From positions 1 to 64,000 of the IMG/VR virus record IMGVR_UViG_3300048997_000353: DNA of 64,000 bases; one strand, written 5' to 3'. Each line of letters opens with the position of its first letter. Position 1 is the stretch's first letter. This document shows, piece by piece, positions 38,830-48,452 of this stretch. This DNA is from a virus. The position numbers and the translations under genes were made by a program. Below the pieces are notes generated by a model. It ran no database searches, had not been told where the DNA came from, and saw only the letters and a program-made list of their open reading frames with translations.

Positions 38830-39573
38830 TTAATTCAATGACTGCATCGCTGTCCATGTCACGGACAGTGACCCAGCCACTGAAAACGTGACAAAAAAGT
38901 TCAACGCACCGTAGGTTCCAAGGGTTCCGGCTCCGGTTGTATCGACCGAGACCGCGGCAGTGCTCCCAAACACTTGCGTCCAACCAGTGCTGGCCGTGGC
39001 TGCCGTTCCCTGCACGCTGAAGATTCCAGTGAGCCATGCCGTTGAAGTTGTGGCGACTTGAGAGATAGTGCGATAAATCAATTCGCCTTCTAGGCGCCAT
39101 GGGGCGTTCGTCAAGCTCGGAGTATAAGTTTGCGCGACGGACGTGCCCATGTCCGTACCGCCCGCCGTGGCACTGCTTCCAGGGCCGTGGATGGGATCGA
39201 TAATACACGTGCCAGTCAGCCCGGTCGTTAGAATCCCGCCCAAAGCAAAACGGAAAACCTGTGCAGCGTTCGGGCCGCTATTCACACCGTAAGGAAGAGG
39301 TAAACATTGGTTCGCTTGAGCCTGCGTCAACATCAACGTCTTCGTTGTCGTCGAGGAAATGTTGGCAGCGGTTACGATCAGTGGATCGGCAATGAGCGAG
39401 TTGAAATACTGCCGAGCCATCGCCTCCGCGCGTGGCCCCTTGTAAAATGGGTCCGCAATCGTTTTCTTTAGGAGTCGACCCGTCCTGATATCCCGCACAA
39501 CCTCGCTATAAACCGGTTGCCCGAGTTCTGGGTGCAAATACGGGTTTCTATCCCTGCCCGCTAATATCAGCAC
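38830..39573 (-). CDS. Putative virion protein
   Basis: AAGGAG RBS before GTG; T/G/A-rich beta domain after an internal MARQYF. Confidence 0.6.
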   Translation of the reverse strand: MLILAGRDRNPYLHPELGQPVYSEVVRDIRTGRLLKKTIADPFYKGPRAEAMARQYFNSLIADPLIVTAANISSTTTKTLMLTQAQANQCLPLPYGVNSGPNAAQVFRFALGGILTTGLTGTCIIDPIHGPGSSATAGGTDMGTSVAQTYTPSLTNAPWRLEGELIYRTISQVATTSTAWLTGIFSVQGTAATASTGWTQVFGSTAAVSVDTTGAGTLGTYGALNFFVTFSVAGSLSVTWTAMQSLN

Positions 39574-39582
39574 GGTGTCTCC

Positions 39583-40311
39583 TTATGCCAAGCCCAAGAT
39601 TGCGTTGCCAGCCGTTTGCGCGGGAAACGTAATTGAGAACGTACCGTTCGTTGAGGTCTGGTCCGAACCGAAGTTCAGGACAAAACAAGCCGCGCCGCCC
39701 GCCGCGTTCAACACTTTCGAGGAGTTGTAGATCAGCGCGCCACGAGCGGCGATCGTTGCGCTCGTGAATGAGAGCGTGTTGAACAGGCAACAGGATGTAT
39801 CCGTCGATAGCACTGGCGTCGTAGACACCAGCGCGCCCCCACCCGCCGCGTAGGAGCCGGAGTTTCCCACTTCGTTCGTCGCCGAATAATTCGTGGTCGT
39901 CTTGTCGAGCGAGGCTGAGGAAGTGTACAGGGCCAGCTTGAAGGTGTCACCAAGCGTGCAGGTCCCCATAGCGCCGGAGTTGGCACTGTTGGTATTCGTG
40001 GTTGTGACGGTCGTGGCGTTCGAAGCGGTAATCGAGTAGGTGCCATTATTGGCAGCAGTACCGAATCCGGCAGCGACCATCACCTGTCCAGCCAGTCCGT
40101 TGTTTGCCCCTCCGGTCAAGGTAACGGTATATACACCCGTGCCCGCCGCTACCGATCCGGCAGTCGCGGAGATATTCGAGAAATTGTGGACACCCTGAAG
40201 AATCTGGGTCTTGAAGCTATTGCAAACGGCTTGCGTGATGACGCCAACCACGGGGAGCACGTACCAACAGTGGTGAAGCAGGAACAAAACAAGCATGTGC
40301 GCGAGCTGCAT
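39583..40311 (-). CDS. Putative virion (fibre/decoration) protein
   Basis: ITQAVCNSFK...DTFKLALYTSSASL...YSATNEV...YAAGG...ARGALIYN...DQTSTNGTFSITFP, a common phage structural motif set. Confidence 0.75.
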   Translation of the reverse strand: MQLAHMLVLFLLHHCWYVLPVVGVITQAVCNSFKTQILQGVHNFSNISATAGSVAAGTGVYTVTLTGGANNGLAGQVMVAAGFGTAANNGTYSITASNATTVTTTNTNSANSGAMGTCTLGDTFKLALYTSSASLDKTTTNYSATNEVGNSGSYAAGGGALVSTTPVLSTDTSCCLFNTLSFTSATIAARGALIYNSSKVLNAAGGAACFVLNFGSDQTSTNGTFSITFPAQTAGNAILGLA

Positions 40312-40322
40312 TTTTTATTCTC

Positions 40323-40622
40323 CTAGAGGCTCGTTTGGCCGGCGAGCATTTTTGCCATGTACTCTTCGCTGACCTGCACATTACAATCCCTGCGGACCAG
40401 AGTGCCGTCCTCAGAGAAATATTCAGTGGTAACGATTTTCCCGCACTCCGCGTCCTTAACAGTTTCGACTTTTCGGCATCCTGTGATATCGGCGACTTCA
40501 GACATTCTGGCTTGACTCCTGTCTCCGTGCATAAGGCAGCGAGAGATTCCCCGCTGCCCATACACACCCGAGAAGAGGTTCCCGTCCGGCCAACGAGTTG
40601 CCCCCTCAAGATCGTCGTTCAA
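40323..40622 (-). CDS. Hypothetical protein
   Basis: ORF in operon; start uncertain. Confidence 0.45.
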   Translation of the reverse strand: MNDDLEGATRWPDGNLFSGVYGQRGISRCLMHGDRSQARMSEVADITGCRKVETVKDAECGKIVTTEYFSEDGTLVRRDCNVQVSEEYMAKMLAGQTSL

Positions 40623-41500
40623 ATTTCGCCAGCTACAACGGTCGCAGGCAAATCACCCTGGTAGACGTGGGCGCCCATGTGCGTCGTCCGCACCCATGGG
40701 CACATCCAGATCTTGAATCCTATCGCTTTGCAGTCCATGCAAAACCAATAGTCCTCGGAATCGTATTCCCGCGTGTCCGGATTGATACCTACCCGAAAAA
40801 AGTCGTGGATGGGACCTGGCAAGAATGATGGGTCGCTACGCGGTTCAAACCACCGGTCCGGGTATTCCTCTTTGAACTTCAAGAAGACTTCCCGTTTAAT
40901 CATGAGCATGCCCGTGCCCATGTTCCGCATTTCCTGCATCTCGCCCATATCAATCTGCCGGATACCGTCGAATTTTTCGAAGTTGAAAACGAAATCGCCG
41001 CCGATCCTGGCGAGCTCGTCCGCGGTGAATTCCTTGTTATGCTTTCGGATGGCACGTTGCACCCGGTCCCACCGGATGCTTTTCTTGGAGCACGGAACGC
41101 CGACGATATCCCGGTCCATTTCGAGCATGCCGAGCACATCGATCGGATCAAACCCGATGTCCGCATCGATAAACAGGGCGTGTGTGCAAGTGCAGGATTT
41201 AAGGAACTGGTCGACGAGCCTGTTGCGCGCGCGGGAAATCAGAGACTCGTTGTAATTCAGAGAATATTCAAACTCGACATTCAGGGCGGTACCGCGCGGC
41301 GGTGCGGGCGGCGGCGGAAGCTGGGCGCCGGCGGCGAGCGCGGCCTCGTGGAACTTGAGCAGTTCATCGTGGTGCTTTTTATTGAGATTAATCGCCTGCA
41401 TCCACAACAGCAAACGATTGAAAGATTGGAAGAAATTCTGGGTGTTCACGCCGCCGTACATGGGCGTGAGAATGTGAAGGCTCTTACCTTCGAGACTCAA
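40619..41500 (-). CDS. GT-A fold glycosyltransferase-like protein
   Basis: ILTPMYGG, ESLISRARN, HALFIDADIGF (DxD), GTGMLMIKREVF, SEDYWFC. Confidence 0.85.
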   Translation of the reverse strand: MSLEGKSLHILTPMYGGVNTQNFFQSFNRLLLWMQAINLNKKHHDELLKFHEAALAAGAQLPPPPAPPRGTALNVEFEYSLNYNESLISRARNRLVDQFLKSCTCTHALFIDADIGFDPIDVLGMLEMDRDIVGVPCSKKSIRWDRVQRAIRKHNKEFTADELARIGGDFVFNFEKFDGIRQIDMGEMQEMRNMGTGMLMIKREVFLKFKEEYPDRWFEPRSDPSFLPGPIHDFFRVGINPDTREYDSEDYWFCMDCKAIGFKIWMCPWVRTTHMGAHVYQGDLPATVVAGEI

Positions 41501-41880
41501 CTATTCGATTCCGTGCCTTCCTGGTCCACTGCTAAGGATGTACTGACATTTTCTGCGGCCGGATCGCTGACTGAGTTTCCTTCCAGTAATTCGGGTGCTC
41601 TGTGCTTGAGCGCCCACCGAAGCGTGAGCGAACTCATGGCAAAGTCGTCCAAGGTTCCCTCCTGGGAAGATTCAGCGTGCTGCAACACATACTCGCCGCG
41701 CTCCATGCCATCGGCGAGTTTTCGGATGGCCTCGATTGCCAATTTCGTATTCAATCCAAACTTAAAGGATGTTTTGGCAGTTCCAATCGCGGTTGAAAAA
41801 TCATAGGACGTTACGTCTACGGGGAACTGGCTGTCCGGACCTCGAAGTTGCTTCATAGGTTCGCCTCTGAGTTGCTTCAC
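41497..41880 (-). CDS. Hypothetical protein
   Basis: Coupled ORF; N-terminal duplication MKQLRGEP MKQLRGP. Confidence 0.55.
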   Translation of the reverse strand: MKQLRGEPMKQLRGPDSQFPVDVTSYDFSTAIGTAKTSFKFGLNTKLAIEAIRKLADGMERGEYVLQHAESSQEGTLDDFAMSSLTLRWALKHRAPELLEGNSVSDPAAENVSTSLAVDQEGTESNS

Positions 41881-43112
41881 AGGGCCGCGGCCCCTGCTTC
41901 CGTCGAAATTTGTTGGACGACTTCCTGCACAATGCCCATCGGATCGATCAAGACTGTATCATGAGAGATACAAATTTTGCGATACTCCGGCCAATCACAC
42001 GCCACAATAATTGTTGGACAATCCAGAACCTGAGCCATGCTGTGCGTGTGGACGGCCATCACATCATGCGCGCGCACGCGGCGCCCGCGGCTCTGCAGGG
42101 CTTGTTTCCACCATTGCCCGGGCGAATCATCGGAGATGGGCGTACCTGATTTGTAAGCCAAGCCCAGAATGCCCACATCGCCGTGCGGCTGGACCTGTTC
42201 GAGCACCGACCGGAGCATTCTCTTGTTCATGATGTCGGTGGCTTCGGCCATGGGAGACCGCTCGCCCACCATCGTTGCTACATACTGAAACATGCGGTTG
42301 TCGCGCGGAAAGCACGGACCGCCAAAGGGCAACCCCGCCCTGAGCGCGAGATGGCCCACGCGCGGATCCGCTCCGATCGCATCGAGAATCTTCTCCTGGC
42401 TCGCGCCCATCCTCTTCGCGACCAGTCCCACCTGGTTGGCAAAACTGATTTTCATGGTGATCGCGCAGTTGAGAGAGATCTTCGCGAGTTCTGCTTCGAC
42501 AAGAGACATATGCTTGGCCGGCGGATTGTGACAGACCATTTGCCGGTAAAGTTCTTCGACTTTCCGGCTGGCCGATTCACTGTCAGCGCCAATGAGCAAC
42601 AGCGACGGATGATGCAGATCCCGAATCACCGTGCCCAGCGCGATGAATTCAGGTTTGTACGCGAGGCCATAATGCTTGCCGAGCAGCCGGTCCAGGAGCG
42701 GTGCCGCCCGGCCCGCACAAAATCCTGGCGTGACCGTCGAATTCACGATGAACAAATAATTGCGTCGGCCCTGCCTGGCAACTTCCCGCGCCACGGCCGC
42801 AATTGCCGTGAGCAGGTGTCCGTGATCGAAACTGCCATCGCTCAAGCTGGGCGTGGCTGTGACGAACAAACATGCATCGCTCAACTGCACTGCGTCCTGT
42901 ACATTGATCGTAGCGGATAGATTATTTCTGACAGTGGATAGGTCCAGGTAATCCTGCAGATCAGGTTCCGCCACGGGAGCCTGGCGGGCGTTGACGAGCT
43001 GCACTTTCTGAATGTCCAGATCGAAGCCAACCGTCGGAACATCGGACGCCGCGAATACGGCCGCAATGGGTGCGCCCAATTTTCCCAAACCACACACTGC
43101 TATTCCGCGCAT
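41877..43112 (-). CDS. UDP-glucose/GDP-mannose dehydrogenase family protein
   Basis: GLGKLG Rossmann motif, NSTVTPG, PEFIALG, AELAK, KISFAN, GLPFGGPCFPRD, GLAYK. Confidence 0.93.
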   Translation of the reverse strand: MRGIAVCGLGKLGAPIAAVFAASDVPTVGFDLDIQKVQLVNARQAPVAEPDLQDYLDLSTVRNNLSATINVQDAVQLSDACLFVTATPSLSDGSFDHGHLLTAIAAVAREVARQGRRNYLFIVNSTVTPGFCAGRAAPLLDRLLGKHYGLAYKPEFIALGTVIRDLHHPSLLLIGADSESASRKVEELYRQMVCHNPPAKHMSLVEAELAKISLNCAITMKISFANQVGLVAKRMGASQEKILDAIGADPRVGHLALRAGLPFGGPCFPRDNRMFQYVATMVGERSPMAEATDIMNKRMLRSVLEQVQPHGDVGILGLAYKSGTPISDDSPGQWWKQALQSRGRRVRAHDVMAVHTHSMAQVLDCPTIIVACDWPEYRKICISHDTVLIDPMGIVQEVVQQISTEAGAAAL

Positions 43113-43651
43113 TTTCGGCCGCCTGTCAAGAAGTTGAACGGCTTCCTTACACCGCCACTGTTATGTTCCGCAGCTTGGAGCGCGAGTTTTAAGCGATGGA
43201 TCGGTTTCATACGTCCGGTTGAGAACAGGGATCCGCGCGCCGCCATTTCAGCGCAGCCGCAGGCGTCGTAGCCATCCAGATTCTCGGCCACTTGATAATC
43301 AGAATCAATTCTAAACAGCCGGCCAGCGTATCCAACTAGGAACGTGCCGCCTGACTCTTGTTCCTTTTCCCTTGTTGCCCAACCTCCATCCTTAAAGACT
43401 TTGCGGATTTCTTCCACGACCACACAGACCATGTACGGAAAAACGCCCATGGCCGTCGGCCGCGGAGTGAAAGGCGGCGCGTAGCGAAGTAACTGGCCCA
43501 TCCTGAAACTCGACGTAAACCCCATAATGAATCGGCCCGCCACAAATATTTTTTCATCTGATCTCAGTGACAGATCGTAACCACCGAGAGCAGCGGAGTC
43601 GGCTCCCATATGAATACGGTCCTTGTCTATAATTCCTACAATGCAGGTCAT
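43100..43651 (-). CDS. Ntn-hydrolase (HslV/proteasome beta-like) protein
   Basis: GAGGAG RBS; MTCIVG...MGADS...KIF, GGTFLVGY, ACGCA; N-terminal Thr nucleophile position. Confidence 0.75.
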   Translation of the reverse strand: MTCIVGIIDKDRIHMGADSAALGGYDLSLRSDEKIFVAGRFIMGFTSSFRMGQLLRYAPPFTPRPTAMGVFPYMVCVVVEEIRKVFKDGGWATREKEQESGGTFLVGYAGRLFRIDSDYQVAENLDGYDACGCAEMAARGSLFSTGRMKPIHRLKLALQAAEHNSGGVRKPFNFLTGGRKCAE

Positions 43652-44454
43652 GCTCTCCTCGCAACGATGAGCAAATGCCAGCCCAACAGTTTCTCCAAAA
43701 GCTGGAATAGCGGCTTCGGCATCCAGCGGTAATACCAGCACTTTACATATCTGTGCTCGATGTAATCTGAAACCTTCCATGGGAAGATGTGTGTTTTTCT
43801 AATGCTCACAACTTCAAACCCGCAGGCCCGCAAAAGTTCTCGTGCTTGCCGTCCGGAATAAACGCGCGCGATCGGACAGCCGGCCTGCGCTTCGGGCTGG
43901 TGTTCCAAGAGATTTTTGATGGACCATTTCGCGTAGAGCATGATGCGCAGTTCGCCGTCATCGCGAAGGCAGGCTCTCATGTTCTTAAGGACGGCGCCTG
44001 GGTGGGGTGTGTGATGCAAAACTCCGAACGCGTAGGCCAGATCAAATCCTTCATTGCTGATTCGCGGTGGCAGCGGATCTTCTGCATTGGCACAGAGGAA
44101 TGCTGCGTTTTTATAACCTTTGTTGGCAACTCGATTGAACGCGAGCGTAATACTCTGCGAAGACAGATCAACGGCATCGATGTGAAACACGCCCGCCCGG
44201 CAGAACTCCAACGTGTCGGTTCCGATTCCGCAGCCGATTTCCAGCACGCGCTTATTTCTCCAGCGGGGATTGCGGCCGATACCGGACCAGGCTCCAAATT
44301 GAGCGAATATCGGAATATGCGGCTCGACTAAATATTTGCGGTTTGTTACCTCACGTGACCACAAATCGCTGCCGGTAGGGGCCTTGGAGTGGCGCACGTT
44401 GCACGGGCGCTTGTCCCAAAAGGCTTGGACCTGCTCGATCACGAACCGCCCCAA
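43648..44454 (-). CDS. Class I SAM-dependent methyltransferase
   Basis: VLEIGCGIGTD, VDLS, FDLAYAFGVLHHTP. Confidence 0.9.
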   Translation of the reverse strand: MGRFVIEQVQAFWDKRPCNVRHSKAPTGSDLWSREVTNRKYLVEPHIPIFAQFGAWSGIGRNPRWRNKRVLEIGCGIGTDTLEFCRAGVFHIDAVDLSSQSITLAFNRVANKGYKNAAFLCANAEDPLPPRISNEGFDLAYAFGVLHHTPHPGAVLKNMRACLRDDGELRIMLYAKWSIKNLLEHQPEAQAGCPIARVYSGRQARELLRACGFEVVSIRKTHIFPWKVSDYIEHRYVKCWYYRWMPKPLFQLLEKLLGWHLLIVARRA

Positions 44455-45833
44455 GTCTTACCGCACTGTTGGCATCTCCTGCCATTTGAAAAAATAATCG
44501 TGCACTCTGCGCTGCAATGGGGACAGATGGCGAGAGGCGCTGGCTGTGGAATGTCCGCCGCCGCCCGGATCCGGCGGTGCGTCACATCGTCCATCTTGTT
44601 GGACCTGTAATAATAGTGGTACATCACTTCGGGAACATAGTGTTCCAGTTTTACAACATTCAATTCCCGCAACGCATCGGACCAACGGTGATCCTCGCCG
44701 AAACCGCCGTCCATGGAAACCTTGAGTGCGAGCGACGTCAGGATCGGATTGACGTGCGAGATGTCCCGGTAGTGACCGTCCTGATCTGAATTCCAACCAT
44801 CGTATTTCAGGGAATGATAGGTAGGCTTCATCGCGTCGCCATCGATATAGCACTGCAATTGGAAGCCGACATAATCAATGCCATCAAGCAAGGGCAGAAT
44901 ACTTTCCACATAATCCGGAGCGACAATATCGTCGTCGTCGACGAAGCAGCTATATTCTCCGACCGCTTGCTCGCGCATGGCCTGGCGGTTTTCCCCGAGG
45001 CCCATATTTTCATCGAACAAGCGAATGTCGATTTCCACGCCGGGCGCGCGATCGACTTGCGGCTGCAGGACAGCCAGCAGCTTCTCCAGAAAATCGGCGC
45101 GCGACGGCTGCGTCAAAATCATGATTGTCCATTTTGTCGGCACTTTGACTTCTCCCCTGATTGCTTTTTTTAGTTTTTCCACGTCAGCCTTTCTTCGAAG
45201 AGTAAGCGCCTGATAGGTTCCTTCCACCCAATCGCCCTCGTGCCTTTCCAGCCGTTCCTGGGTGGTTTTGTCGATCTGCGCTTTACCGAAGACGTGATGC
45301 ATGTGCTCGATCACAACGGTGGGCAGATAGCGGCGGCGACCCAATTGATTTGCAAGAAAATTGATCCACGTATCGCCAAAGTCAGAGCTGAAATAGGGCG
45401 GCACGAAATACCCGACAGCTTCGACCCAGCGGCGGTGCACGAACGGATGGGCGCCGGCCTTGTCTGGAGCTGGCCCTCCATCGTTTCCATGGACCATCAG
45501 GATCCGGTCCAGGCAGGGAGAAAATGCTTCTTCGACGAGCCGATTCCAGCCTGGCGTGTGGAAGATCACGTCGTCATTGCATTGCATGACGATATCGCCC
45601 TTGGCTATTTTGAAAAGTTCATTCCAGGTCTGCGTGAGCAGAATTCGCGGACCCACGATATAGCGGATTCCGAGCTGCTCTGCCATCGTCGCAGATGGTT
45701 TGTCGTCATCGTCCACGTAGACAATAATTTCGACTGGATGAGTTGAATCCATCTCAACGGAGCGCCGGATTGACTCGACCGTGCGTGCTAGTCCGGCCGG
45801 CCGGCCGCGGGTGGGAAAGAGAACAGAGATCAT
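44439..45833 (-). CDS. Tandem two-domain family 2 glycosyltransferase
   Basis: ISVLFPTRGR...CNDDVIF and a second domain TIMILT...GENRQ...GEYSCFVDDDD...GEDHRW. Confidence 0.88.
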   Translation of the reverse strand: MISVLFPTRGRPAGLARTVESIRRSVEMDSTHPVEIIVYVDDDDKPSATMAEQLGIRYIVGPRILLTQTWNELFKIAKGDIVMQCNDDVIFHTPGWNRLVEEAFSPCLDRILMVHGNDGGPAPDKAGAHPFVHRRWVEAVGYFVPPYFSSDFGDTWINFLANQLGRRRYLPTVVIEHMHHVFGKAQIDKTTQERLERHEGDWVEGTYQALTLRRKADVEKLKKAIRGEVKVPTKWTIMILTQPSRADFLEKLLAVLQPQVDRAPGVEIDIRLFDENMGLGENRQAMREQAVGEYSCFVDDDDIVAPDYVESILPLLDGIDYVGFQLQCYIDGDAMKPTYHSLKYDGWNSDQDGHYRDISHVNPILTSLALKVSMDGGFGEDHRWSDALRELNVVKLEHYVPEVMYHYYYRSNKMDDVTHRRIRAAADIPQPAPLAICPHCSAECTIIFSNGRRCQQCGKTWGGS

Positions 45834-46036
45834 TCGCCTCTCCAGATTTGATTGACTCGATCCCTCGTGGTTTCCTTGAATAAAACAGCGCCACTCGGAA
45901 GATCGTCACAATGTTCAAACCAGAAGTTAGCTCCCTCCGGATCCGAGAGAATATTGAAAACATCGGGAACCAACTGGTTATCGCTAATTTCTAGAAACTG
46001 TTCCGCGCCGTTCGTGAATTTCAAAATCAGTTTCAT
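45830..46036 (-). CDS. Hypothetical protein
   Basis: MKLILKF start; ATGA-coupled on both sides. Confidence 0.55.
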   Translation of the reverse strand: MKLILKFTNGAEQFLEISDNQLVPDVFNILSDPEGANFWFEHCDDLPSGAVLFKETTRDRVNQIWRGE

Positions 46037-46572
46037 GCAGGCCTCTGGAAAATGGCCAGCCCCACGATGCTGGGAAAGACCAGGTGTGGCCAATGGAGCT
46101 GCTGAAAATAATCGTAGAGTTCTGCGCAATCAAAACCCACGTCGTGCATGGCCACAATGCCAAGCGGGGCGACGTTGTGATTGCCCAGAAGTTCTAATTC
46201 TTCTAGACGGACTGGTTGTATTCCTGAATCGATAAAAACGAAATCAATGTCCGTGAGCGATACCGACTGAATCAAAACCTTGCCCTGTGATTCCATGACG
46301 GTTACTGGAAGGCCCTGCAGCCGGATCGAGGCGGCTTTGACAGTTTCCGGATCCACGTCGCAAGTCAACAGCCGTCCAAACCCATTTTTAAGCAGAGCCT
46401 TGCCGATCTGTTCCGCGCTATCCCCGACATACGTGCCGGTTTCGAGGCAGAGTCGCGGCTTCACCAGCCGCACCAGCCCATGCAGAAACTCACCAACCTC
46501 GACTTCCACTCCCTTCTGTCTTATGTATAGGTCTTTTCGATTACAGGCTGGGATCTGCGGGTAAAGTCTCAT
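46033..46572 (-). CDS. SAM-dependent O-methyltransferase (Methyltransf_24-like)
   Basis: CLETGTYVGDS, IDFVFIDS, GIVAMHD. Confidence 0.85.
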   Translation of the reverse strand: MRLYPQIPACNRKDLYIRQKGVEVEVGEFLHGLVRLVKPRLCLETGTYVGDSAEQIGKALLKNGFGRLLTCDVDPETVKAASIRLQGLPVTVMESQGKVLIQSVSLTDIDFVFIDSGIQPVRLEELELLGNHNVAPLGIVAMHDVGFDCAELYDYFQQLHWPHLVFPSIVGLAIFQRPA

Positions 46573-47615
46573 ACGCCAACTTTCGCTGTGACCGGGGCGA
46601 GTAATTTCTCAAGCATTTGCTCCAAGGTGAATTCCCGATGGACGAGTTCGCAGCCGGCGCGCGCGATCCGTTCGCGGTCCGCATCATCTTCCATGAAATG
46701 CAGAATGTCCTTGGCATTTTGTTTCAGGTAGCCCGGATCGTAATAGACCAGGTGCTCGTTATTTTTGAAGAGCACATTATTTTTCGAGGATCCACCCGGC
46801 ATCCTGGGATACATGACGAACGTTCCACAGGCCATCACTTCGAACACCTTGCAGACGAGCAGCCTCGACATGGGCGGCAGACAGAAAAACACTTTGATCT
46901 GGCGATAGTTTTCCGCGAGCAGTTCCGTGCTTTCGAGTTCCAGCACGCCGCCGATGTCCTGCACGAGAACTTGGCCGTGATGAAACGTCACCGAATCCGG
47001 TAAAAACGGTGCGAGCTTGGAGAGATATTCCTGCCGCAAGGGGTACAGTGAACCGATGAAACCAAGCGCGTACTTCTTTTCATTATACGCGCACGTTTTC
47101 AGCCATTCCTCGCTCGTGTCCGGAAAAGCATGTATCCCTGTGAGTTTTTTAAGTCCCGGCTTGAACATTGTTGTGTCGGCACCGAACGGTAGCCAATCAC
47201 CGCCATACTTGTCGGCATCCTGCGCCGCCGGAAAAGAATAAAAATTGGCCCAGCGTTTGAGCTCATCGAGCCGTGCCGGCAAACCCAGGTCCGTACGGTC
47301 CATCGTTTCATCGAACCTGGCAATCACTGGCACTTTCAAATCCTTCCAGCGACCCTCGTACACATCCGCAAGCCAAGCCTGCGTGTATTCATGAAACGCG
47401 CTGATCACCACGTCACAGGAATTCAGATCCTCGATCGACGGCATTTTGTTTCGAAGAAACTGGATCCCCGGAAGCTGCACACCCGGATGATTCCCAGGGA
47501 ACGGACAATCCAAAACTTCGTGTCCCATTCGTTCAAGTGTGAGGCGGTAGCCGCCCAGGGTAAACCAAGATGCTAAAACATTGCGGGGGTAGAACAGAGC
47601 AATTTTCACAGGCAA
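46569..47615 (-). CDS. GT-B glycosyltransferase (CgeB-like)
   Basis: WLPFGADT, LGFIGSLY..R, KVFEVMACGTF, RERIARAGCELV. Confidence 0.88.
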   Translation of the reverse strand: MPVKIALFYPRNVLASWFTLGGYRLTLERMGHEVLDCPFPGNHPGVQLPGIQFLRNKMPSIEDLNSCDVVISAFHEYTQAWLADVYEGRWKDLKVPVIARFDETMDRTDLGLPARLDELKRWANFYSFPAAQDADKYGGDWLPFGADTTMFKPGLKKLTGIHAFPDTSEEWLKTCAYNEKKYALGFIGSLYPLRQEYLSKLAPFLPDSVTFHHGQVLVQDIGGVLELESTELLAENYRQIKVFFCLPPMSRLLVCKVFEVMACGTFVMYPRMPGGSSKNNVLFKNNEHLVYYDPGYLKQNAKDILHFMEDDADRERIARAGCELVHREFTLEQMLEKLLAPVTAKVGV

Positions 47616-47635
47616 GACTCTACCATCAAACGGGA

Positions 47636-47785
47636 TTATTTCTGTTTCGATTTTTGGGGTTGCTGTTTCTGCTGTTGTTCCTGCTGCTGCTTAGTAAGCT
47701 GTTTCTGTAATTCGATTTTCAGGATTTCGTTTTCAACATAGAGCTGCCCAATCTTCCCGTATAGAGTTGCAACCGTGATTTCCAT
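47636..47785 (-). CDS. Small coiled-coil protein
   Basis: AAGGA RBS; MEITVATLYGKIGQLYVENEILK, Gln-rich tail. Confidence 0.55.
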   Translation of the reverse strand: MEITVATLYGKIGQLYVENEILKIELQKQLTKQQQEQQQKQQPQKSKQK

Positions 47786-47795
47786 GATTTTCCTT

Positions 47796-48452
47796 TTAGG
47801 AAGTGCTGTCCGTGATGAGTCCGTATGCGGCGAGAGCGGTGAGCAAACTGGCGAGCGCGGCGTTCGCGCCCTTCGATCCGCTGACGGTTTGTTTCGCTGC
47901 GGGCGTTGTGGAGAAGAAGCCGACATCCCCATTTATCTGAAGAGCATTATCCGCTTGAAGATTACCTCCAAAACGCCACAGCGACGCTGATGCATTCCAT
48001 CCCAATGAACCGCCAGAAACAGCTTCGTCGGCGTAAATAGCGAAATCGCCTGACTGGAAAGCATTGATTGCTGCGAACCTGCTAGGGGCGGCCTTGTCAT
48101 AAAAAACTACGTTGAACACAGCGTTACTATTACTGTCCGTTCCCAAAGCTAGCAGCGCATGTTCGCCGTCAAAATTACCTACACCTTTCCCCGAGATGAC
48201 GATCTCGCACTCGTCAAATTCCAAAACATGCCCACCCATCGCAAACGTCTTATCCGCCGTGGGATCTAGGATCTGATCGAGCGTGGGAAAGCTTCCGCCC
48301 CCGCCACCACCGCCGATAGCTGCGCCAGCCGCATAAATCTGGCCTGTTACATCGTCGATTTCCAGCGATGGAATAATGGCTCCGTTAGATTGCTGTTCAA
48401 AAACTGGCGAGGAATTGCCAACAGGAATTGCGACCAATCTTCGCAGTGCCAT
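47796..48452 (-). CDS. Putative head fibre/decoration protein
   Basis: C-terminal VGFFSTTPAAKQTVSGS...ALASLLTALAAYGLI motif typical of phage fibre ends. Confidence 0.6.
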   Translation of the reverse strand: MALRRLVAIPVGNSSPVFEQQSNGAIIPSLEIDDVTGQIYAAGAAIGGGGGGGSFPTLDQILDPTADKTFAMGGHVLEFDECEIVISGKGVGNFDGEHALLALGTDSNSNAVFNVVFYDKAAPSRFAAINAFQSGDFAIYADEAVSGGSLGWNASASLWRFGGNLQADNALQINGDVGFFSTTPAAKQTVSGSKGANAALASLLTALAAYGLITDSTS

